DNA of 20,000 nucleotides from an uncultured virus (IMG/VR IMGVR_UViG_3300025675_000001) (taxonomy: Duplodnaviria; Heunggongvirae; Uroviricota; Caudoviricetes; Schitoviridae), in IMG/VR virus record IMGVR_UViG_3300025675_000001. One strand, 5' to 3'. The notes under the pieces are model-generated. The model was not told the origin of the DNA. It did not search any database and saw only the letters and a program-made list of their open reading frames with translations. The translations under genes and the position numbers were made by a program. Shown here piece by piece: positions 1 through 6,615 of this stretch; the stretch's first letter is position 1, and each line of letters begins with the position of its first letter.

Positions 1-159
1 AGCGGCATCGGCGCCATTGGCACCACCGGATCTGAGGATCCAGCCCTCCGCATAGAGGTAGCAGGCGACATGGTGCATGATCTTGAGGATCGGCTCAGGC
101 GTGTTCCTGGCACCGATCCCGGCATAGACCAGGTAAGGTTTCTCCTGAACGTCGATCAT
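1..159 (-). CDS. SLOG (DprA/Smf-like Rossmann) domain protein, 5' part only; runs off the window edge
   Basis: Manual translation from ATG 159: MIDVQEKPYLVYAGIGARNTPEPILKIMHHVACYLYAEGWILRSGGANGADAA. YAGIGxRxTP and LRSGGAxGAD are typical of phage DprA-like SLOG proteins. ATGA overlap with the stop of the upstream gene. Confidence 0.75.
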   Translation of the reverse strand, partial: MIDVQEKPYLVYAGIGARNTPEPILKIMHHVACYLYAEGWILRSGGANGADAA

Positions 160-587
160 GCATAAAGATCCTCTATGGCGTGTGACCGAGCGTGGGGTTC
201 GAGAACGATGTATTCCTGGCGCAGGACATTCCCGAAACCACGCAGACGGGGTGGATTGCGATAGAGCCAGAGACTGACGGTATCGATGAGATCCTCGGTC
301 AGACGGGCGATTTGTGCGCCATCCCACTGATCGCTGAATTCGCTGTCCAGGTTGATGTGCTGCTCGTTGTTCTCGAGGATCTCCTCGGCGATGTTCTCGG
401 CCACCAGGGCGGCCATGAAATCGGCCTGAAGATAGGCGCGATCGGCACAGGCCAACGTGATCGACCCCATGGTGGACTGGATGGCTCCAGCATGCAGGGC
501 CACTTCACGGGTGGGATAGGGCCCGAGATAACCTTCCGGATCACGGCCTTCTCCGACCCACCAGTAGAATTTTCCGTCGCTATACAT
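156..587 (-). CDS. Hypothetical phage protein (143 aa), paralogue of 580..999
   Basis: ATG 587 preceded by AAGGAGG RBS. N-terminus DGKFYWWVGEGRDPEGYLGPYPTREVA aligns with the neighbouring gene. Overlaps both neighbours. Confidence 0.8.
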   Translation of the reverse strand: MYSDGKFYWWVGEGRDPEGYLGPYPTREVALHAGAIQSTMGSITLACADRAYLQADFMAALVAENIAEEILENNEQHINLDSEFSDQWDGAQIARLTEDLIDTVSLWLYRNPPRLRGFGNVLRQEYIVLEPHARSHAIEDLYA

Positions 588-999
588 GGGAACCTCCTTC
601 ACCTTCTGGTTCGCCGATGAAATATTTGACATTGCGCATGGTGCCGAAGGCCCAGGTTGTCCCTGGATGCGCGATGAGCCATGTGGTGATGGCCTGCTGA
701 AAGGCGGTGTCGAGTGCCTTCAGGTCTTCATCGTTCCAGATCTGGTCGAGATCCGGGTAATCGTCACTGAAGCATTCCTCGTTTGCCTCGATGAGGCTTT
801 CGAGGATCTGCTCGACATAGAAATCCAGATTGATTTCAGGCCGCATCACGCTCTTATCGGATTCACAGATCGTGAAACCCGTGTCCTGGTAATCACTGCG
901 GCCGGTCTGGATCGCGATGTCTCTGGTCTCGAAGGGGCCATGATAGGCTTCAGGTTCAGCGCCCTGCCCGACCCACCATTTGAAGTTTCCGTCACCCAT
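580..999 (-). CDS. Hypothetical acidic phage protein (139 aa), paralogue of 156..587
   Basis: AAGGAG RBS upstream. N-terminus DGNFKWWVGQGAEPEAYHGPFETRDIA. Operon-like packing. Confidence 0.8.
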   Translation of the reverse strand: MGDGNFKWWVGQGAEPEAYHGPFETRDIAIQTGRSDYQDTGFTICESDKSVMRPEINLDFYVEQILESLIEANEECFSDDYPDLDQIWNDEDLKALDTAFQQAITTWLIAHPGTTWAFGTMRNVKYFIGEPEGEGGSHV

Positions 1000-1014
1000 G
1001 TCGGGTCTCCTTGT

Positions 1015-1470
1015 TTACCAGCAGAGCGAAAGATGTTCGCCAGGCTGGATATCGATGTGCGACAGGCGGAAGGCGCGAAGCGCGGTCTTCTCAGGATCGA
1101 ACGCCCGAAGGAACCAGCCTGGCTCGTAGCCGTAGCCGGGCTGCTGGATGTACTCGACGCCCAGCGGCATCACCCGTCGGGTGCGCTTTTCACCGCGGTG
1201 GTTGGTGTAGGTGAACTCGACGAAGATGCGCGAGGAAGGCTCGTGGGCCTCACGCGGACAGGGCGGCCCGAGAGCCAGAACCGCCCTGCCCTTCTCGGTA
1301 AGCTGGCCGCCGAATTTCTTGGTGATGAGGCCCGAGCCCTTGAGATATTCGAGCGCCACACCGATCGATGAACCCCACGGCGTGGGATCCTTCTGGCCAT
1401 CCACCTCTTGCAGGATGCGGTATTCGAACGGTGTGAGCTTGGGCAGTTGATCCACAGGATGATGGTTCAT
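1015..1470 (-). CDS. Winged-HTH plus WYL-domain protein (151 aa)
   Basis: GGAGG RBS. N-half LTPFEYRIL...ALEYLKGSGLI...QLTEKGRAVL is wHTH-like. C-half VEFTYTNHRGEKRTRRVMP...GWFLRAFDPEKTALRAFRLSHI matches the WYL signature. Confidence 0.8.
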   Translation of the reverse strand: MNHHPVDQLPKLTPFEYRILQEVDGQKDPTPWGSSIGVALEYLKGSGLITKKFGGQLTEKGRAVLALGPPCPREAHEPSSRIFVEFTYTNHRGEKRTRRVMPLGVEYIQQPGYGYEPGWFLRAFDPEKTALRAFRLSHIDIQPGEHLSLCW

Positions 1471-1481
1471 GACAGCCTCCG

Positions 1482-2090
1482 TCAGACTGGCAAGTCGAGC
1501 AGCTTGTTGAGCTGATGGATCGGAACAGCCGGCAGCTGGGTGGGCTTCTGGCCGGTCATATACGGCCGTGCAAAGGGTTCGATCTCCGGCCAGAGCTCGA
1601 TCAGCTTGGTGAAGGAGTTGGTACTCTGGAGCATCCGCATTGAGGTGCGTTCGGCTTCCCGGACCGTTTCCTCGAGTTTATTCCGCTCGTCTTCCAGTTC
1701 CTGGAAGCGGATGCTGAACAGGTGTGTGTCTTCGTAGCTCTTGACGCAGATGCCCTTGTGACGTTGCTGGATCCGATGACAGACGACTTCCTTCTTGTAA
1801 TCGGCATAGCGTTGCAGGAAGCCGTGGAAAGTCCCGGTGAACAGGATCCGCACATAACCCGTACCGGAGCTGCCGAAGCGGACATCGAGCCCGGTTTCTT
1901 CGGGCAGCCAACCTTTGGGCAGCTCTGCCATCTTGCGGCGGATCTCAGGGGTGTAGAGATCCAGATAGACCTGGTTGATCAGGTGGGCACGCTTCTCCGT
2001 CACCTCGTTGATGAGCTTGCGGAAGCGACGGATCAAAAGCGCTTTCTGGATGCGCTCACGGGTCTCGTTGATCAGGCGTGGAGTGCTCAT
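1482..2090 (-). CDS. Nmad5-like (nucleotide-modification-associated domain 5) protein (202 aa)
   Basis: N-terminal RLINETRERI and C-terminal TKLIELWPEIEPF...LPAVPIHQLNKLLDLP are typical of Nmad5 phage proteins. GGAG RBS. Confidence 0.7.
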   Translation of the reverse strand: MSTPRLINETRERIQKALLIRRFRKLINEVTEKRAHLINQVYLDLYTPEIRRKMAELPKGWLPEETGLDVRFGSSGTGYVRILFTGTFHGFLQRYADYKKEVVCHRIQQRHKGICVKSYEDTHLFSIRFQELEDERNKLEETVREAERTSMRMLQSTNSFTKLIELWPEIEPFARPYMTGQKPTQLPAVPIHQLNKLLDLPV

Positions 2091-2227
2091 TGTGGTAGCT
2101 CCAAGGTGCGATTTGGAAGGGAGTTGGTTTCACGGGTGATTCCCGTCGGTTTTCGGGAAAAAGTTGAAGTTGGTTTCCCGTCGCGTTGAAACTGAGTTGA
2201 ATTATATTCAACTTGGGTAGAAAACGC

Positions 2228-2710
2228 TCAACTATTTTCTTCAATATATTTTGAAAGAAATCCGTCGCGATAAGCCATCAGGATGCGACCCAGATGGTTA
2301 TGGCCTCTGCCACGGCAGACACCCCAGAAGATGTCACCCCAGTGGTTGTCTTCGCGCAGCTCCCGAGGCGCGGTGGCCAGGAGCTTCTGCTTGAGATCGG
2401 GGTTCTGTTCGTACTTGGCCCGGGTGATCTCACCCATGATGCGGATCTTGATCTGATCCCAGTCGGGACGCATCTCGAGCTTCTTTCCCAGACGCTTGGC
2501 AGCGCCGGGTGAGACACATTCGGAGATGTCTTTCCAGTCTTCCCAGTTCAGGCTCTTGGCTGCCTGGTAGGCATGTTCGGAGGTGGGAAAGACCAGCGTG
2601 CCCATGACGATCGGCGCCGGCCAGAAGTTGGAGAGGAAACGAAACTCGCCCTGGAATCCGCGGATCGGCTGCGGGATGGGCTTCGACAAGCTGTCTGCGA
2701 TATTGTCCAT
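2228..2710 (-). CDS. NADAR (YbiA-like) ADP-ribose/N-glycosidase family protein (160 aa)
   Basis: Motifs FLSNF, FPTSEHAYQAAK, AKRLGK, RPDWD, AKYEQN, DIFWG, NHLGRILM. ATG 2710 with CAGGAG RBS. Confidence 0.93.
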   Translation of the reverse strand: MDNIADSLSKPIPQPIRGFQGEFRFLSNFWPAPIVMGTLVFPTSEHAYQAAKSLNWEDWKDISECVSPGAAKRLGKKLEMRPDWDQIKIRIMGEITRAKYEQNPDLKQKLLATAPRELREDNHWGDIFWGVCRGRGHNHLGRILMAYRDGFLSKYIEENS

Positions 2711-2729
2711 GATACTGTCGCTCCTGATG

Positions 2730-2761
2730 AAAAGGGCCACTTCCCTTGTGAGGAAGTGGCC
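2730..2761 (-). terminator. Intrinsic terminator-like hairpin just upstream of the NADAR RBS
   Basis: GGCCACTTCC(2735-2744)-7 nt-GGAAGTGGCC(2752-2761), a 10-bp stem followed by CTTTT on the minus strand. Confidence 0.6.
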
Positions 2762-2950
2762 AAGGTTCCAGATCAGGGAGGTGCGATCTGGTGAGGGGAA
2801 ACAACGTCAATCTCACAGAGTTATGAGATGATTTCCTCGGTGACGGTGAGGACCACCGCATCCGTCAGGTGGATGAATCGATCACTTCACATGGTACCCT
2901 CCTTTGTTGGAACCCACACACCCTCAATCCTTCTTTCATATGAAGGAGGG

Positions 2951-3523
2951 TCAGTGCGTGTTCAGGGTAAAGAAGCAGTCCAGCGCCGAGCGGATGGCCT
3001 TATCGGCGCCGAAGAGAGAAAACCGGCCGATGTCCTCGACGGCAATTTCATCAGCTGTGCCGAGGAGATGCAGCGTGACCGGATTGAGGTTGCGAAACGC
3101 CACGATCCCCTTCTTGGGAATGATCGCTTCGAAGACCCCGGATTGGCCATTGGCTTCGCCGCCCATCATGGCGATGAAGTGATGCGTGGTGTTTCCGACA
3201 TCCACCTTGGTGGCCGGTACGTTGAGGAAGACCAGAGCGGCATCCTGTTGGCTGAAGGTGACAGCCATGTGCATGGTGTCGTAGCGGGCGATCATGGTGC
3301 AGTTCCTGGTTCGGGTTGAACCATAAACCTGCCAGGTACCGAGATCAGCCCATTTTGCTGTGCCTGGATCAAGAGGTTGCGCCTGGGCCTGACCCAGAAG
3401 GCTACTCATGCCGATCGAGCGGTCATTGACCCGTTCGAGGACATCCCCACAGAAGCGGAGAACCAGAAGGCCCACCAGCAATGCGAGGAAGATGCCAATC
3501 TTTTTCAATGCATAGATGAACAT
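2951..3523 (-). CDS. Hypothetical membrane-anchored or exported protein (190 aa)
   Basis: Basic then hydrophobic N-terminus (KKIGIFLALLVGLLVLRF). AAAGGA RBS. Distal cysteines could form a disulfide. Confidence 0.75.
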   Translation of the reverse strand: MFIYALKKIGIFLALLVGLLVLRFCGDVLERVNDRSIGMSSLLGQAQAQPLDPGTAKWADLGTWQVYGSTRTRNCTMIARYDTMHMAVTFSQQDAALVFLNVPATKVDVGNTTHHFIAMMGGEANGQSGVFEAIIPKKGIVAFRNLNPVTLHLLGTADEIAVEDIGRFSLFGADKAIRSALDCFFTLNTH

Positions 3524-3556
3524 GGTGTGTTCCTTTCTGGTTCAGGCCTTGAGGGC

Positions 3557-3874
3557 TCAGGCTTCGGTTTCGGGATCGGATGGAGAGAGCAGTTGCAGCA
3601 CCTTGTGGAACCCGACATTGAAGGTCATGGCTCGCAGGTAATCCTGGCCCTTGCGGGTCAGTTCAGGCACCGTGCTCTTGCGGTTCTTCACGCTGCGGAT
3701 GAGACCGTGCTCAAGCAGGATACCGGTCAGGGTCGAGCCCATCTCGTAGCCCATGGCGGCTTTGAGCACGCCGGCTTCGACGACACGTCGTTTGGGCTCA
3801 CGCCCGAAACTGGCATTGCCATGGACCCGTTCGATTTCCTCATCGGAGATCAGGAGCTGCGTCACTTGAGGCAT
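3557..3874 (-). CDS. Hypothetical phage protein, possible wHTH (105 aa)
   Basis: ATG 3874 with GAAGGA RBS. ILLEHGLI...ELTRKGQDYL is a wing-like motif. Confidence 0.75.
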   Translation of the reverse strand: MPQVTQLLISDEEIERVHGNASFGREPKRRVVEAGVLKAAMGYEMGSTLTGILLEHGLIRSVKNRKSTVPELTRKGQDYLRAMTFNVGFHKVLQLLSPSDPETEA

Positions 3875-3901
3875 GGTATTTTCCTTCAAGCTGTCGGGTG
3901 G

Positions 3902-3939
3902 AAATAAAGAGGGGAATGCAGGATTTCTCCTGCATTCCC
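3902..3939 (-). terminator. Intrinsic terminator after the gp2-like gene
   Basis: Minus strand GGGAATGCAGGA-GAAA-TCCTGCATTCCC (12-bp stem, GNRA loop) followed by CTCTTTATTT. Confidence 0.8.
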
Positions 3940-3950
3940 TTTGGTTTGGT

Positions 3951-4445
3951 TCAGCCCGCTGCCGGGACGAGATCCTCCTCGGTGGCCTGAGCCTTCTGGC
4001 TGGTGGGCATGGTGGTCGGCTTGGAACCGCCCATCAACATGCTGGCCAGATCGACGGCGTACTCGTTCTCCGCCTTGGAGACTTCGAGATCCTCGTTCAC
4101 CCGACGCAGCCGGATCACGAGGGTCGAGACCTCGACTTCCTCACCGGGTGCGAGGCTCATGCCATAGTGCTGAAGGGCCTCCAGCAGCTGGTTGCGAGCG
4201 GTCTGGAACTTGACCCAGTCTTCGTTCTGGCCCTTGACCTCGGTGGGCTTCATCGTATCGACCGGCATACCGATCGGGAGATTGACGAAGCGACCATTCA
4301 CCTCGTAGCCGACATTGAGCCAGAGCTTCGCCCGGTCCCGCTGTTCGGGTGCATTCTGCATGGTGCCGAAGGGCATACGCTGATTGCGGTTGTCACGCTG
4401 AGCGGGTGCGGTGGCCTGCGGTGCATTGAAATCCATGATACCCAT
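3951..4445 (-). CDS. gp2: N4 gp2/Drc-like ssDNA-binding RNAP II co-activator (164 aa)
   Basis: AKLWLNVGY...FVNLPIGMPVDT...ARNQLLEAL...LAPGEE...IRLRRV matches the N4 gp2/Drc family signature. Located in the early region near the genome end. Confidence 0.88.
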   Translation of the reverse strand: MGIMDFNAPQATAPAQRDNRNQRMPFGTMQNAPEQRDRAKLWLNVGYEVNGRFVNLPIGMPVDTMKPTEVKGQNEDWVKFQTARNQLLEALQHYGMSLAPGEEVEVSTLVIRLRRVNEDLEVSKAENEYAVDLASMLMGGSKPTTMPTSQKAQATEEDLVPAAG

Positions 4446-4501
4446 TGTGGTAGCTCCTGAGTTGGATGTGGGGATGTGGGTTTGATGGAAGGCTCTAACC
4501 C

Positions 4502-4520
4502 TCCAAGGGGCGCAAGCCCC
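4502..4520 (-). promoter_or_regulatory. Hairpin resembling a virion-RNAP promoter (tetraloop variant) upstream of gp2
   Basis: + (template) strand TCCAA-GGGGC-GCAA-GCCCC has the same stem as the 5782 hairpin. No good U-tract for a terminator. Confidence 0.5.
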
Positions 4521-4543
4521 AACCAGAGAAACGGAAACAGGGA

Positions 4544-4825
4544 TTAGCTCACGAGAGCCAGATCCTTGGTCATGCTGTAAAGCAGGGTGAGATGCTTGAA
4601 CTCACGCTGCGCCAGCAGGAGTGCAGCATCACGGTCCTCGACATAGAGATGCTGGCCTGTGGTCAGATAGGCGACGTACCAGCGGGTCTTATCCCGAGAG
4701 CTCGGCCAAGCCGACATCACGAGCTTGGGACCATAGGCCCCGTCGTCGTAGGCATTGGCGATGAACAGGTCGATCTGCTCTTCGTCGGCTTCGAGGATGG
4801 GTGGAAACGGATCAGGTTTGATCAT
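4544..4825 (-). CDS. Hypothetical early protein (93 aa)
   Basis: ATG 4825 (MIKPDPFPP...) with GAGGA RBS. Overlaps the upstream gene. Confidence 0.7.
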   Translation of the reverse strand: MIKPDPFPPILEADEEQIDLFIANAYDDGAYGPKLVMSAWPSSRDKTRWYVAYLTTGQHLYVEDRDAALLLAQREFKHLTLLYSMTKDLALVS

Positions 4826-5051
4826 GATCGTTTTCCTCTGGTTCCACCTGTTCGACACAGGCGGTCTGGGCTGAAGCTCCGCTGTAGGAACAGATCCAGC
4901 GATGCTTGTTCTTGAGTTCGGAAGGCTCCTTGAAAGGCTCCTTGGTGGACACACGGATGGTGTCGAACGAGAGGTTGGTCAGCACACCTATGGTGCCTAT
5001 GGTCATGAGGGTCACACCGAGGAACCCCGTGATCAGACAGAAGGATCTCAT
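4812..5051 (-). CDS. Small membrane protein (79 aa)
   Basis: AAGGAG RBS. Hydrophobic N-terminal segment FCLITGFLGVTLMTIGTIGVL. Confidence 0.65.
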   Translation of the reverse strand: MRSFCLITGFLGVTLMTIGTIGVLTNLSFDTIRVSTKEPFKEPSELKNKHRWICSYSGASAQTACVEQVEPEENDHDQT

Positions 5052-5096
5052 GAGAGGTCTCCTTGGTTCGAGGGAATGTGGGAATGTGGGTTTGCT

Positions 5097-5297
5097 CTAC
5101 TGGATCGTTGTCCAGAGATGGTCCTTTGTTTCCTTCTCTTTCAGGAAGGTCTCGTAGGCTTCCAGCTGGTCGAAATCAGGATCGACATAGCAGTTGGTGG
5201 TGATGAACAGGAGCGGACGATCGTCCCGTGTCTCTGCCCGTTCAATGGCCTCGGCGAAGGTATCGAAGTTGAACGTGGTCTTGAAGAGCGAGGGCAT
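5097..5297 (-). CDS. Hypothetical early protein (66 aa)
   Basis: ATG 5297 (MPSLFKTTF...) with GGAGG RBS. Confidence 0.7.
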   Translation of the reverse strand: MPSLFKTTFNFDTFAEAIERAETRDDRPLLFITTNCYVDPDFDQLEAYETFLKEKETKDHLWTTIQ

Positions 5298-5406
5298 GTT
5301 GGCCTCCATCAAGTTGAAGCTATTTTCAGGACAAGTTGAAAATAGGCTATCGGTCTATTAGGGGGTCTCCCCCGGTGCCATGGTTAGGTCACCGGGGTAG
5401 TTGGGT

Positions 5407-5745
5407 TCACGGGGTGGTCTCGGTAAACAAGGCCTCCAACTCTGCGAGGTTTTCGTTAAACCTTTTCGTCAGGTTGGCGTTACCGTGTAGTTCTCGCTCC
5501 AGTGCATCCTCGATCTTGGCTTGGTTCTTGGCAGAATCGAGGAAGAGATTACGCTGCCAATGGTGATCCTCCACTTTGTGCTGGACGATCTGTTGGTGCT
5601 TGGCACGCTGAACATAGCGGTCAAGCATGTCGATACTGGAAGCACCAGTGTCAACGATTTGGGTGACGCTCTGGGCTACCGAATTCACGGTATTTAGGAG
5701 AGCGACAACGGTGGATGAGGTGGACTTGGCGATGGACGTAGACAT
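5407..5745 (-). CDS. N4 gp1-like first early protein (112 aa)
   Basis: ATG 5745 with GGAGGA RBS. First gene behind the vRNAP hairpin promoter. Size and the T/V/S-rich helical N-terminus resemble N4-like gp1. Confidence 0.65.
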   Translation of the reverse strand: MSTSIAKSTSSTVVALLNTVNSVAQSVTQIVDTGASSIDMLDRYVQRAKHQQIVQHKVEDHHWQRNLFLDSAKNQAKIEDALERELHGNANLTKRFNENLAELEALFTETTP

Positions 5746-5774
5746 GGTGATATCCTCCGGATGAAAGGGAATGA

Positions 5775-5794
5775 TCCGGAAGGGGCGAAGCCCC
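5775..5794 (-). promoter_or_regulatory. N4-type virion RNA polymerase hairpin promoter
   Basis: Template (+) strand TCC-GGAA-GGGGC-GAA-GCCCC: 5-bp stem, GC-GAA-GC triloop core. Taking the central loop purine (5788) as -11 puts +1 on C5777 of TCC, as in N4 early promoters. The transcript would start GGA 32 nt before the gp1-like ATG. Confidence 0.85.
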
Positions 5795-5900
5795 GAGTGT
5801 AGGTGTGGTGGGAAATGAGGTGGGGGGTAGTGTGAAAAGTGTGTGGTGTGTTCCCGGGGGGGGAGGGTTTTCAGAATGGAGTCCCACCGGTGTGACAAAC

Positions 5901-5989
5901 CTACTGCCAGACGTAATTATGAGGTTCGCCAAACCCTGCGATCCTCTACTGCCAGACGTAGGTGTGGGATTCGCCAGACCCTGCGGATC
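5901..5989. repeat. Two-copy 45-bp imperfect direct repeat
   Basis: CTACTGCCAGACGTA-N9-TTCGCCA(A/G)ACCCTGCG at 5901 and 5946. Confidence 0.9.
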
Positions 5990-6017
5990 GTCATCTCGTG
6001 GATCAGTTTCACCATTG

Positions 6018-6193
6018 GAACCAGAAAGAGAAATGACCCTTCTCTGACCCTGCGGAGCATCTCTTGGAACCAGAGGGAAAGACGCATCCTTTGGAACCAG
6101 AAAGAGAGGATATCCCCTCCTTCGATCCGCCGAGCGATGCTCTCTTTGAACCAGAGGAAAATCCATCTCCCCTACCCTTCTCTCTGAACCAGA
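6018..6193 (+). repeat. Cluster of five GAACCAGA direct repeats
   Basis: Copies at 6018, 6067, 6094, 6148 and 6186, each followed by a purine run. Confidence 0.9.
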
Positions 6194-6204
6194 AAGAAGA
6201 GCAT

Positions 6205-6510
6205 CTCTTATTTTCAAATAATGATATACAAAAAATATTATGGGGATTTTTATATAGGGATTTTCCTTAATAATATATTGTATATCGTTTTATATATTAT
6301 CAAACATAATCCCGAAGGATTTTCTTTAAAACCGATTATATAGATAATACGTCTCTGATTTTCTTCATAATATATTATGAACTTAATACGCGAGATATTA
6401 TCTTCATAATATATTATGGAGTTAATAGAATAGGCTTTTCGAGATAATGTTTTTAAGATAATGGTCTTTTATTATATTTATAATATTATCTTTATAAGGG
6501 GGGTTCCCCC
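6205..6510. other. Very AT-rich non-coding tract with duplicated palindrome; candidate origin or terminal-repeat region
   Basis: Sharp GC drop. TCTTCATAATATATTATG at 6362 and 6401. Perfect palindrome TTCATAATATATTATGAA at 6364-6381. GGGGG-GTT-CCCCC hairpin at 6498-6510. Confidence 0.6.
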
Positions 6511-6615
6511 ATGATCCCTGGGTGAAACCTATCAGGTTTTACCAATAGCTTCGCCCGTCCGTCTTTTGTCCTTCTTTGAGAAGAAAAAAGGCAGAGGTAG
6601 GCCCGGTGAGGCAGG

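Noticed and set aside
3451..3467. AGAAGCGGAG, resembling half of an N4 early promoter
   Set aside because: No complementary arm to form the hairpin, and it lies inside a CDS.
5901..6193. Possible CRISPR or mini-array
   Set aside because: Repeats are either only 8-11 nt with irregular spacing (49, 27, 54, 38) or just two copies. No cas genes nearby.
5746..6270. ORFs 5651..6217, 5843..6187, 6064..6270 and the extension of 5407..5898
   Set aside because: Low-complexity translations of promoter and repeat DNA with no convincing RBS.
6362..6418. Protelomerase (telRL-like) site for a linear phage-plasmid
   Set aside because: The longest perfect palindrome is only 18 bp, the larger inverted repeat is imperfect with an asymmetric centre, and no protelomerase gene is in the window.
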